Shown in pieces: positions 53,517 to 62,961 of a DNA stretch of 64,000 nucleotides. This stretch comes from an uncultured Desulfatiglans sp. (GTDB taxonomy: Bacteria; Desulfobacterota; DSM-4660; Desulfatiglandales; HGW-15), in the NCBI GenBank assembly GCA_964460435.1, contig CAYWRH010000003.1, positions 13,547-77,546 on the forward strand, given 5' to 3'. The position numbers were made by a program, and so were the translations under genes. Each line of letters opens with the position of its first letter. Position 1 is the first letter of the stretch. The notes under the pieces were generated by a model. That model ran no database searches and was not told where the DNA came from. It saw only the letters and a program-made list of their open reading frames with translations.

Positions 53517-54176
53517 ATGCAGAAGGATTACTACCTTGTTCTGGGGATTAGCAGAGGATCTGATCTGAATAAAATAAAAAAGGCTTACCGCACCATAGCT
53601 AAGAGATATCATCCAGATGTCTCGGATGAAAAGGAGGGGAGCGAAAGGTTTCTGGAGATTAAAGAGGCATATGATACACTCAGCGATCATGAAAAGAAGC
53701 GCAGATATGACTCTGACCTCGAAAATGAAGATGCCGCTTACAGATTAACCCGCGTGCCAGGTCATATGCAGGATAGGATAAGAGGTTTCAGGCATGCTGA
53801 ATCCCTCTTCTCCACAAAGACTGATGATCTGTTTGGAGGGTTTATACCTGGTCTTTATGACCGGAGTGATGCGGGCATGCATGAAAAGGAGCTCTATTTT
53901 GATGCAGTCTTGACCCCTGAAGAGGCAGCATCAGGCGGGCTTTATCCCATTTCTGTCCCGGTTATGGCGCCCTGCCCAGTCTGTTCAGGGTCAGGCTTCT
54001 GGGAAGGGCTCTATTGCCCGCTCTGCGGCGGTTTCGGCAGGGTATCAACTGTTAAAAGATTTGCCCTGAGTATGCCCGCCAATGTGAGCGACGGCACGGA
54101 AATCAATCTTCCCCTTGAGGGCATAGGGTTAAAAGAGTGTTATTTGCACATTACTGTGCATATTGCCTATTATTGA
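53517..54176 (+). CDS. J-domain protein with a single Cys-rich zinc-finger-like segment
   Basis: ATG at 53517 lies 5 nt after GGAGGA. J domain DYYLVLGISRGSDLNKIKKAYRTIAKRYHPDV. Later CPVCSGSGFWEGLYCPLCGGFG. No G/F-rich region, and shorter than DnaJ. Confidence 0.8.
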   Translation: MQKDYYLVLGISRGSDLNKIKKAYRTIAKRYHPDVSDEKEGSERFLEIKEAYDTLSDHEKKRRYDSDLENEDAAYRLTRVPGHMQDRIRGFRHAESLFSTKTDDLFGGFIPGLYDRSDAGMHEKELYFDAVLTPEEAASGGLYPISVPVMAPCPVCSGSGFWEGLYCPLCGGFGRVSTVKRFALSMPANVSDGTEINLPLEGIGLKECYLHITVHIAYY

Positions 54177-54300
54177 ATATTATCACCGCTCCTGCAATAA
54201 CAGGCGCGGCTGCACTATAATGTTATGGTTACCGGGAAGGAAGGGGCGAAATTTTTCACCCCTTCACTGCACCCATTGGGCCCAGGGCCTTGAGCACTTT

Positions 54301-55635
54301 TTAATAGGTTCCGTACTCCTTTGCCGCTTCATTCATGGCCCTTATGTTTTCTAACTTTGCCTCATCAGCGGTTGCGCCAGGTGCAAGTATATAACCGCCA
54401 CCCTTTCCTACCTTCTCGATCAGCTTTTTTGAATGGGCCTTGACATCAGCAGCTTTTCCGGTGACCATCATTGATGTCGGCACATTCCCCATTATGCAGA
54501 ATCTGTTACCCAATATCTCCTTTGCCCTTACTATATCAGTCTGGTCAAAATACCATACAACGCCTTTATCAGGCAGATCCTGTATTAACTCAAGCCGCGA
54601 GTTGTAACCCCCTTCAGCAAAAAGCAGTGGCACAAGCCCTTCATTGATATATCCCTCTGCCACCCTTTTAAGGAAGGGCCAGTAGAATGTCTTGAATTGT
54701 GTTTCAGACATAAATCCATCTGCGCCCCTGTGCAGGGGGATAAAGACCACCGGGGTGCCTGCTGCAAAGGGCATCATGGCAGCTATCTTTATGCTCATAT
54801 CCGCCATCTTGTCCATGTTGGAAAGGAGCCTTTCAGGCCTTTGAAACATATCCATTATAATACCCTTGGTGCCTCTCAAACCTGCACCCAGGGCATCCAG
54901 GGGGGCACCTCCGCCAATGTCAAACCTGAAAAAATTGGGGAAACCCATTTTCAGCCCGCGGTCAGTAATGGCATCAAGTGCCTTGCGCCACTCTTTTTCT
55001 ATTTCATTGGCCTCGGCAAAGGCCCTGAACCCTGCCTGTACATCAGGGGCAGCAAAGGCTGCCAGCGTACTTGCCCCGCCAAAACTGCCCAGCATGGAGA
55101 GGGGCGGGAGTTTTGCAAAGGGCTCTGCTGCCCTGTGTGTCCGGGGTAGCATTACTCGCAGGTTAAAATCGGAGCGATCATTTTCATAGTGATCCCATTC
55201 ATTCGCCTTTAGTATCTCTATCTCCACATGCTGGGGTGATACATTATCCGGAAGGCCGCATCCTGCCCATTTGCTTGTCTTTACCCCCACAATCTCCATT
55301 GCCCTGCCGCTTCGTATAAGATGGGCATCAGGCAGCACATCAAGGTCAAAATCATCCATAAATTTATACCAGGCCTTTAAGAGCTTGTCTGAATCGTACA
55401 TTACCTCTTTAATTGTAAATCCTGCATGAAAGGCGGGCGCATAACCCGGGTGAGAGATTACCGGCACCCTGTCAGGTTCCTGAACCTTTATTGCGGCAAT
55501 TATCCTTTTGACCCTTGCCCTGTAAGCCTCCTGCGCTTCAGGGGTATTAAAGGCAATATCTTCAGGATAAAGCCAGCTGTTAAACCTTTTTTCTCGCTTT
55601 TCTTCTGCTGTAAGTTTTGCCCATTCCTTTTCCAT
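54301..55635 (-). CDS. Uroporphyrinogen decarboxylase (URO-D)-family protein, MtaA/CmuA-like
   Basis: 444 aa. C-terminal pattern GNVPTSMMVTG...GGGYILAPGATADEAKLENI and the overall layout resemble URO-D-fold enzymes. Moderate confidence. Confidence 0.65.
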   Translation of the reverse strand: MEKEWAKLTAEEKREKRFNSWLYPEDIAFNTPEAQEAYRARVKRIIAAIKVQEPDRVPVISHPGYAPAFHAGFTIKEVMYDSDKLLKAWYKFMDDFDLDVLPDAHLIRSGRAMEIVGVKTSKWAGCGLPDNVSPQHVEIEILKANEWDHYENDRSDFNLRVMLPRTHRAAEPFAKLPPLSMLGSFGGASTLAAFAAPDVQAGFRAFAEANEIEKEWRKALDAITDRGLKMGFPNFFRFDIGGGAPLDALGAGLRGTKGIIMDMFQRPERLLSNMDKMADMSIKIAAMMPFAAGTPVVFIPLHRGADGFMSETQFKTFYWPFLKRVAEGYINEGLVPLLFAEGGYNSRLELIQDLPDKGVVWYFDQTDIVRAKEILGNRFCIMGNVPTSMMVTGKAADVKAHSKKLIEKVGKGGGYILAPGATADEAKLENIRAMNEAAKEYGTY

Positions 55636-55736
55636 TGCGCCCTCCCATATGAATAAATATTTACAGTTTTGTCTTTAAAACCATTTACCTGATAATTTAT
55701 TATTACTTAGTGATTGTCAACAGTGAAAAAGAGCAA

Positions 55737-57101
55737 TCAGCATGACTCTCTGAGCCTTTTGACCAGGGCTTTCAGATCAGGCACCTTTCTTAACTGCTCC
55801 TCGTTCCAGCAGGATAATAGAGAGTTATTATGGAAAATGGGGTCGCGTTGAATATCATACCTTGCACATGCTACTGATTCATCCCATAAAGGTGTTCCCG
55901 GAAGGGGAGAGTATTCTGCAAGGTAGGGCACTGCGCCAGCCCTGTCAGCAAAGATCACAGTTTCTGTAACAGATTCCGCTGATTGACCGGGAAGCCCCAT
56001 AAGTATATAAGCCCCGATATCCTTTTTATTAAATCCGGCCTCTCTAAGGTTTTGCACTGCGGCCTCAAAATCGCCAAGAGAGACCTTTTTATCCAGCTCT
56101 TTGTGCATATCCATATCAGAGGTCTCAAGGCCAAGCCTTATTGTGGTGAACCCGGAAGAATAAAGGAGCCTTGCAATAGCAGATGTTATTTCTTTTACAT
56201 GCAGTGCATTGGGTGTATGAAACCTGGCCCTTAGGCCACTGGTTTTGATTTTTTCAAGAATGGGCACAATATGCCTCTCTGCGTCAATAAGCAGGGCATC
56301 ATCATAAAATGCAAAGTCGGCCACATTATATTTTGTATGCCAGTGAGTAATCTCAGAGACAACGTTACAAGGGTCTCTTCTTTTAAAGGCCGGATAAAGA
56401 GAGCTGCTTGCACAGTATTTGCATTTATAGGGGCATCCTGTTGTGGTGAGAATGGTTATATAGTCATTTTTTGTGTATGTATCAAAAGCGGGGTAAAAGG
56501 AGGTTTCATCCTCTCTTAACTGAACGTGACTTGTCTCCGCATGGATATCAAAACGGGCAAGGATGTCAGTCAATTCAGAAAGATTATCAAGATTAATCTC
56601 TTTTGCAACATAATCGGCCCCTGAAAATCTATCTGCATGGTCAGAACACAACCTTGCATAAATGCCCCCCAGTATAACAGGGACACCAGGGTGCATCTCT
56701 TTAGCTATCCTTATGGTTTCAATTACCCCGGGGTACCAGTAGGTCATAAGGGATGTTACAAGTATTGCAGAAGGTTTATCAACTGAAGTTAACATTCTCC
56801 TGTAAATATCAGGATGAATGCCGTATCTGCTGTATTTACGGGCGACATGTTTTAATGAAAAAGGCTTTTCTATCTCTTCCCTGAAATATTTTCCTGTTCC
56901 ATATCTTTTTACTGCCGGTTTTTTTGCTGAAAAGCTGTTCAGCATATCCGGGTTGTTTTTATCCATGCAGTCGATTACATGAATATTAAATCCCTTTCTT
57001 CTTAGAAATCCGGCAATATAAAGCAGGCCAAGTGGCTTGGACCACAAATCATGTGCAGCAAAATCATATATCCAGGGGTTGACAAGTATAACCGAATTCA
57101 T
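55737..57101 (-). CDS. B12-binding-domain radical SAM protein (class B)
   Basis: N-terminal B12-binding-like Rossmann domain (ILVNPW...LGLLYIAGFLRRKGFNIHVID). Radical SAM cluster TTTGCPYKCKYCAS. Confidence 0.85.
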   Translation of the reverse strand: MNSVILVNPWIYDFAAHDLWSKPLGLLYIAGFLRRKGFNIHVIDCMDKNNPDMLNSFSAKKPAVKRYGTGKYFREEIEKPFSLKHVARKYSRYGIHPDIYRRMLTSVDKPSAILVTSLMTYWYPGVIETIRIAKEMHPGVPVILGGIYARLCSDHADRFSGADYVAKEINLDNLSELTDILARFDIHAETSHVQLREDETSFYPAFDTYTKNDYITILTTTGCPYKCKYCASSSLYPAFKRRDPCNVVSEITHWHTKYNVADFAFYDDALLIDAERHIVPILEKIKTSGLRARFHTPNALHVKEITSAIARLLYSSGFTTIRLGLETSDMDMHKELDKKVSLGDFEAAVQNLREAGFNKKDIGAYILMGLPGQSAESVTETVIFADRAGAVPYLAEYSPLPGTPLWDESVACARYDIQRDPIFHNNSLLSCWNEEQLRKVPDLKALVKRLRESC

Positions 57102-57182
57102 AAATCCACAACCTTTTAGCCTTGAAATTTTACAGGTAACATAATAGGTTTAGCCATATTAATCAAGGAGCAGGATAATAAT

Positions 57183-57632
57183 ATGCGCGCTGTAGTGCAA
57201 AGGGTAAAGGAGGCAAGCGTAGAGATAGGTGGCGCCGTTGTGGGCCGGATATCAAAGGGTGTCTTGATATTCATTGGTGTTGGTGAAAAAGATACTGACA
57301 GAGAATGTGAATACATGGCAAACAAGATAGTCAACTTAAGGATATTTTCTGACGCAGATGATCTGATGAATCTTTCTCTGCTGGATATCAAAGGTGATGC
57401 TCTAATAGTCTCCCAGTTTACCCTGTGGGGCGATTGCCGCAAGGGCAGAAGACCATCATTCACAGAGGCTGCAAGACCTGAAAAGGCGATCCCGCTTTAT
57501 GAAAAATTTATAAAACTGATAAAAGAGCAGAATATCAATGTCTCTACAGGCAGGTTCCAGGAGATGATGGATGTTCACCTGATTAATGACGGGCCTGTAA
57601 CCATCCTGATTGATAGTGATAAAATATTCTAA
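57183..57632 (+). CDS. dtd: D-aminoacyl-tRNA deacylase
   Basis: 149 aa. Blocks: MRAVVQRV, SQFTLWGD, GRRPSF. Confidence 0.9.
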   Translation: MRAVVQRVKEASVEIGGAVVGRISKGVLIFIGVGEKDTDRECEYMANKIVNLRIFSDADDLMNLSLLDIKGDALIVSQFTLWGDCRKGRRPSFTEAARPEKAIPLYEKFIKLIKEQNINVSTGRFQEMMDVHLINDGPVTILIDSDKIF

Positions 57633-57634
57633 TA

Positions 57635-60055
57635 TTATTTTTCAGTCAACCTGTAAACCCCATCCCATTTTTCTCCGGCTGCTACCGGAGGATTATTGAG
57701 ATATTCTTCACATCTTTTAATATATACTTCCGATGGATTTATCTTTGCCTCGGGATAACGTTCAAATTTGATGGATTCCCTGAAACACTCTATGGCTCTA
57801 TTCCACTGCATGTTCAGATAATGGTTTACGCCCTTATCAAAGAGGTTTAAAAGCTCCTTTTCATGCTCTGTAAGCCCGCCCTTCATGGCGCATAATTCAT
57901 AAATCTTTACTGGCGCTGATCTCCCCACAACAATAACATTGTCAATATAACGCACCTCAACATGATTAATTGCACGATCCCTTTCACCCTTTTCATTAAT
58001 ATATTCCATGTTTAGGGTATGTTCACTCACTGCTGTATATATGCCATACTGTTTTGCCCCTGCCTCAAGGCGCGAGGCCAGATTAACTGCATCACCCATC
58101 ATGGTATAGTTCATGCGCATTTTGCTGCCCATATTTCCAACAACAATCTCTCCGCTGTTAATCCCTATCCGCATTCTCATGTCATGCACAATCTTTGGCC
58201 ACTTATCATAAGGATTCCAAATTTCAGATGGAACCCTTTTTATATTTCTGTCAGGCTCGCCGGGCAGCTGTTTTTCTTTGCTCCATTTTTTACGGAGATC
58301 AGAGAGCTTGTTCTGCATTTCAACAGCTGCCCTGCATGCACGGAGAGTGTGGTCAGGGATATTCATCGGTGCTCCAAGAAAGGCAATGATCGCATCCCCT
58401 TCATATTTATCAAGCGTACCCTTCTCTTTTAAAAGAATATCGGTCATGGAAGAGAGATATTCATTCAGAAGGTCAACGAGCTGAGGTGCGGTAAGTCTTT
58501 CAGAAAAGCGGGAAAAATTTTCAATATCGGTAAAGTATGCGGTTATGACCCTTGCCTCGCCGCCAAGTACGGGCACTGTTCTGCTTTTCACCATATCATC
58601 TATCAGTTCAGGCGACAGGTAGCTCGAAAAGGTCGAGTGCAGAAATCTCTTGTTCTTTTCTTCAACAAGAAAATGCCAGGTGGTGAGGGATGCATATAAA
58701 AGAATAACTCCAATGATGGGATAGACCATGTTTACCCACAGGCCATAATCTGAGAATAGCCACATACAGAGATATGTGTAAAGAGTAATTGCAAGGGCAG
58801 TTGTGGCCAGACCCGTTATTGCCCCTGATCTAGGTATAATAAAGGCAATAATAAGCCCAAGGATAATGACTGCAAGGTAATCATACTCGGGCACGGTTAT
58901 TGTCTTTTTTATGAAATCCTGATTGATTATATTTTCTATTACAGTGGCATGCACCTCAAGGCCCGGCTGAGCCGAATCAAAAGGCGTGTTCCTCATATCA
59001 TGGGCGCCCTGTGCTGTGGAACCGACAACAACAATTTTATCCTTGAATGTGCCCTTTTTAAAATTACCTTTGAGTATGTCTGTTACTGAATAACGGGGGA
59101 TAGTTCCTCCGGGCCCGTAATAGTTTATCAGCAGACCTCCCTTTTCATCTGTTGGCACAAAAAGCCTGCCTATCCTTACACCATCAATCCCATAATATTT
59201 TGTTATCTGCAATATGAGCGGAGGAGAGTCAAGATAGTTCCAGGCGCATTGAAGAGAAAAGGCGGTATAGACATCATCCCTATCCCTGTATTTTACTGCA
59301 AGCGGCATCCTCCTGATTATTCCATCATCTTCATACGGGAGATCAATATATCCTGATCCGCTGGCAGCCCCGCTTAATATCTCAAGGTTGATTTCAGGGG
59401 CATAGGGGTTTATATATGGATTTAAAAACGGGTCATAGTCATCACCCAGGGCCTCATCATAATCCATCATTGAGTAGAGGGAGTTGCCTATGACCTTGAA
59501 TCTTCTGTTAAACTCTTCAGTCTCTATATCATAACCAAGGCTCTCCCTGCTGCTGTGCCAGAAATAGGGCATAACCACCTTTGCCTTTGAGTTCTTTATT
59601 GCATCGGCAAACAGCATATCATTGTCAGACAGCCTTTTAATTTCATACAGATAAGAGAATAGATCATCATCCATTATGTTCATGACACTAAGCCTTTTTT
59701 CTATCTGGCTGATGATTTCCATGTTTATGCTTTTATCTGGCTCGGTAAAAAAGATATCCATCCCGATAACCTTTGCGCCATCATCAGAGAGCCTGTTTAT
59801 CAGGGTTGCCATTTTATGCCTCGGCCAGGGCCACATTCCCTCTTTATCAAGGCTTTTTTCATCTATCACTGCTGCGACAACAAGCCCTGAGAGAGGCCTC
59901 TTGCCCCTCCACTTTAACCGCTGGTCATAGGTCTTGAGTTCAAACAGATGAAAAATCTCGACCCCGTAACCGAGCATTAAAAGTACGGTAATGATAATCA
60001 GGGTAGAAATCGAAACAGGGTTAAATGAAAGAAAGTACCTGAATATTTTTTTCAT
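57635..60055 (-). CDS. CHASE2 sensor / class III adenylate-guanylate cyclase with C-terminal TPR-like region
   Basis: N-terminal TM helix. CHASE2 block DEKSLDKEGMWPWPRHKMATLI. Three TM helices. Cyclase blocks ITAYFTDIENFSRFSE and GDAIIAFLGAP. Confidence 0.85.
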   Translation of the reverse strand: MKKIFRYFLSFNPVSISTLIIITVLLMLGYGVEIFHLFELKTYDQRLKWRGKRPLSGLVVAAVIDEKSLDKEGMWPWPRHKMATLINRLSDDGAKVIGMDIFFTEPDKSINMEIISQIEKRLSVMNIMDDDLFSYLYEIKRLSDNDMLFADAIKNSKAKVVMPYFWHSSRESLGYDIETEEFNRRFKVIGNSLYSMMDYDEALGDDYDPFLNPYINPYAPEINLEILSGAASGSGYIDLPYEDDGIIRRMPLAVKYRDRDDVYTAFSLQCAWNYLDSPPLILQITKYYGIDGVRIGRLFVPTDEKGGLLINYYGPGGTIPRYSVTDILKGNFKKGTFKDKIVVVGSTAQGAHDMRNTPFDSAQPGLEVHATVIENIINQDFIKKTITVPEYDYLAVIILGLIIAFIIPRSGAITGLATTALAITLYTYLCMWLFSDYGLWVNMVYPIIGVILLYASLTTWHFLVEEKNKRFLHSTFSSYLSPELIDDMVKSRTVPVLGGEARVITAYFTDIENFSRFSERLTAPQLVDLLNEYLSSMTDILLKEKGTLDKYEGDAIIAFLGAPMNIPDHTLRACRAAVEMQNKLSDLRKKWSKEKQLPGEPDRNIKRVPSEIWNPYDKWPKIVHDMRMRIGINSGEIVVGNMGSKMRMNYTMMGDAVNLASRLEAGAKQYGIYTAVSEHTLNMEYINEKGERDRAINHVEVRYIDNVIVVGRSAPVKIYELCAMKGGLTEHEKELLNLFDKGVNHYLNMQWNRAIECFRESIKFERYPEAKINPSEVYIKRCEEYLNNPPVAAGEKWDGVYRLTEK

Positions 60056-60216
60056 AGCGGCTCTCCAGATTCTTGGGATCAGATTCTATGAGATATATCA
60101 ATATTGTCCAGTAAATACAAGGAATTCAATTGACATACTATCTTGATATTGTTAGCTTCAAGAGTCTGTTAAACAAGTATGTTTTATCCAGTTTAGAGAA
60201 GATTAAGGGTTTGAAA

Positions 60217-61500
60217 ATGACACAATTATTAAGTGCCAGGGCCGGGATCATTACGCCTGAGATGAAAATAGTGGCTGAAAAGGAAGCTGTTGATGCGGCT
60301 CTATTAAGGGAGAAGATTGCCCTGGGGCGCGTTGTAATTCCTGCCAATATCAACCATAAAAATTTGAGTCCCTGCGGAATTGGAGAAGGTCTCTCCATAA
60401 AGGTTAATGCAAATATCGGAACATCATCAGACCATGCTGATATAGATGAAGAGCTTGAGAAGATGAATGTGGCTATTGATGCAGGCGCTGATGCTGTTAT
60501 GGATCTCTCCACAGGAGGCAATATCAATGAATGCAGAAAAAGGATTATTAATGCATCAAGGGTGCCGATCGGCACTGTGCCCATATACCAGGCCGTGGTA
60601 GAGGCCATAAATAATAAGGGGGGAGTAATTCACCTCACGGTTGACAAGATATTCGAGGTGATAGAATCCCAGGTGGCTGAAGGTGTGGATTTTATTACAG
60701 TGCACTGCGGTCTTACAAGGGCGGCGCTTGAAACGCTTAAAAGACAGAAGAGGATAACCAATATTGTAAGCCGAGGCGGTGCGCTCTTGACCACATGGAT
60801 GCTGCATCATGACAGGGAAAACCCTCTTTATGAAAACTATGACAGGCTTCTGGAGATAGCAAAAAGGTATGATGTCACATTGAGCCTTGGAGACGGGTTA
60901 AGACCGGGATGCCTTGCTGATGCTACTGACCGTGCGCAGATACATGAACTCATGACCCTGGGGGAGCTTACCGATCTTGCCTGGGATCAAGGGGTGCAGG
61001 TTATGATAGAGGGGCCAGGACATGTGCCTATGAATCAGATAAAGGCAAATATACTGCTTCAAAAACAGCTCTGTAAAAATGCGCCATTTTATGTGCTGGG
61101 GCCCCTTGTGACTGATATAGCGGCAGGTCATGACCATGTTGCCTGCGCAATAGGAGGGGCAATAGCAGGGGAGGCAGGGGCCGATTTCTTATGTTATGTA
61201 ACGCCTTCGGAACATTTATCCTTGCCTACCATTGAGGATGTGCGCGAGGGGGTAATCGTAACAAAGATTGCTGCACATGCGGCTGATATTGCAAGGGGAA
61301 ACAAAGGCGCCATAGAACGTGATAAAAAGATGGCAATGGCAAGAAGGAACCTTGACTGGGAAACCCAGATGCAGTGCGCCCTTGATCCAATCAAGGCAAG
61401 ACGCATAAGGGGCGAGAATCCTCCGGGTGAGAAGGATGTCTGTACCATGTGCGGCAAGTTCTGCGCAATAAAACAGGTGAGGGAATACTTTAACGGCTGA
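60217..61500 (+). CDS. thiC: Phosphomethylpyrimidine synthase (short anaerobe-type ThiC)
   Basis: Starts at MTQLLSARAGIITPEMK; the track start at 60130 adds an unlikely extension. Blocks: MIEGPGHVP, YVLGPLVTDIAAGHDH. C-terminal cluster CTMCGKFCA. Confidence 0.9.
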   Translation: MTQLLSARAGIITPEMKIVAEKEAVDAALLREKIALGRVVIPANINHKNLSPCGIGEGLSIKVNANIGTSSDHADIDEELEKMNVAIDAGADAVMDLSTGGNINECRKRIINASRVPIGTVPIYQAVVEAINNKGGVIHLTVDKIFEVIESQVAEGVDFITVHCGLTRAALETLKRQKRITNIVSRGGALLTTWMLHHDRENPLYENYDRLLEIAKRYDVTLSLGDGLRPGCLADATDRAQIHELMTLGELTDLAWDQGVQVMIEGPGHVPMNQIKANILLQKQLCKNAPFYVLGPLVTDIAAGHDHVACAIGGAIAGEAGADFLCYVTPSEHLSLPTIEDVREGVIVTKIAAHAADIARGNKGAIERDKKMAMARRNLDWETQMQCALDPIKARRIRGENPPGEKDVCTMCGKFCAIKQVREYFNG

Positions 61501-62886
61501 TCATTTACCCAGACAGAAGTTGCTGAATATCCTGTCATAAAGATCATCTCCTGAACTTTCGCCTGTAACCTCTTCAAGATTTTCAATGCCGCTTTTAAGG
61601 TCAACGGCTATGATCTCTATCGGTTGTGTCTGCATCAGGTTTAAGGCCGCATTCTTGAAATGGTTAAGCGCCTGTGATAATGCGGTCTTCTGCCTTATAT
61701 TCGGGACAAGATGGTTTTCAAGGCCTGTATCACTCCCTGATATCTTTTCAACCATCCTCTCCTCCAGTATATCTATCCCTTCACCTGTAAGGGCGGATAT
61801 TTTTACAATATCAGATTCTCCAGCCAGCTCCCTTATTTCCTCTTCATTCACAGCCCCCGGTAGATCAATCTTGTTAAGGATGATTATGCACTTGTTGCTA
61901 TCTATTACTGAAAGCAGTTCCCTGTCATTTTCATCCAGAGGTCTGCTCTGATCTATTACCGCAAGTGCAAGATCAGCCTCTTTGAGTTTCTTTCTGGCAA
62001 GGTCGATGCCTATCAGTTCAATGGCATCTTTGCCTTCCCTGAGCCCTGCTGTGTCGGTTATCTTAAATGGGATTCCATTGATATAGAGTGTCGTCTCTAT
62101 CAGATCCCTTGTTGTGCCAGGTATTGGCGAAACTATAGCCCTCTCCTCCTTGATAAGACGATTTAGAAGGCTGGACTTACCGGTATTAACCCTGCCTGTG
62201 ATCACCGTATCTATCCCTTCTATCCAGATCTTTCTTGAAGAATGGGATTGAATGATTTTTTCAACCGGGGCAATAATATAATTTGTGAGCCCGGAAAGAA
62301 TGGCCTCATTACTGTGGGTTATTGATTCATCTTCAGGGTAATCAATTGCAACCTCTGCTATTGCAAGGAGATCAAGAGCCTTATCCCTTATCCCCCTTAT
62401 CTCTTTTCCTGATTCTCCGCTCAACTGGCGGTTTGAAAGGATAATCCCCCTTTCTGACTTTGCATTAATAAGGTCCATTACTGCCTCGGCCTGGATAAGA
62501 TCAATCCTGTTGTTCAGGAATGCCCTGAATGTAAATTCGCCGGGTTTTGCGAGCCTTATACCCTGTTCAAGGATTAACTGTAGTATTCTTGATAGCAGCA
62601 CCGGGCCGCTATGGGAGTTAATTTCAACAATATCCTCTCTTGTGTATGTGTGCGGGGCCTTCATGAATGAGAGGAGCACCTCATCAATCGCTTCATTTGA
62701 GGATGGATCAATTAAATGACCATGATAAAGCCTGTGACTTTTTATTGACCTGTCTTTTGATGATCTGAAAAGTCTTTCTGCAACAGCAAGTGAAAGAGGC
62801 CCGCTTATCCTGATTATACCGATACCGGCCATGCCGTAGGGGGTGGCTATTGCCGCAATCGTGTCATTTTCTGGAAGGTTTGACAT
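61501..62886 (-). CDS. mnmE: tRNA modification GTPase MnmE
   Basis: N-terminus TIAAIATPYGMAGIGIIRISG. G domain GRVNTGKSSLLN, DTAG, NKID. C-terminal FCLGK. Confidence 0.9.
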   Translation of the reverse strand: MSNLPENDTIAAIATPYGMAGIGIIRISGPLSLAVAERLFRSSKDRSIKSHRLYHGHLIDPSSNEAIDEVLLSFMKAPHTYTREDIVEINSHSGPVLLSRILQLILEQGIRLAKPGEFTFRAFLNNRIDLIQAEAVMDLINAKSERGIILSNRQLSGESGKEIRGIRDKALDLLAIAEVAIDYPEDESITHSNEAILSGLTNYIIAPVEKIIQSHSSRKIWIEGIDTVITGRVNTGKSSLLNRLIKEERAIVSPIPGTTRDLIETTLYINGIPFKITDTAGLREGKDAIELIGIDLARKKLKEADLALAVIDQSRPLDENDRELLSVIDSNKCIIILNKIDLPGAVNEEEIRELAGESDIVKISALTGEGIDILEERMVEKISGSDTGLENHLVPNIRQKTALSQALNHFKNAALNLMQTQPIEIIAVDLKSGIENLEEVTGESSGDDLYDRIFSNFCLGK

Positions 62887-62961
62887 CTTTTCCGGTTTGA
62901 CCTGGATAAACAGGCATCAGTAAATAAGTGCCATACCCGATGCCTGTTCAATTATAAAATT

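Noticed and set aside
54238-54266. A GC-rich hairpin (GAAGGGGCG ... CACCCCTTC) between the convergent J-domain and URO-D genes.
   Set aside because: There is no U-tract on either strand, so I did not call it a terminator.
60056-60216. An expected TPP (THI-box) riboswitch upstream of thiC.
   Set aside because: By eye I could not find the conserved GGGGUGC, CUGAGA or ACCUGAUCUGGAUAAUGCCAGCG-like cores in the 160-nt leader. An Rfam RF00059 scan would settle it, and I make no call.
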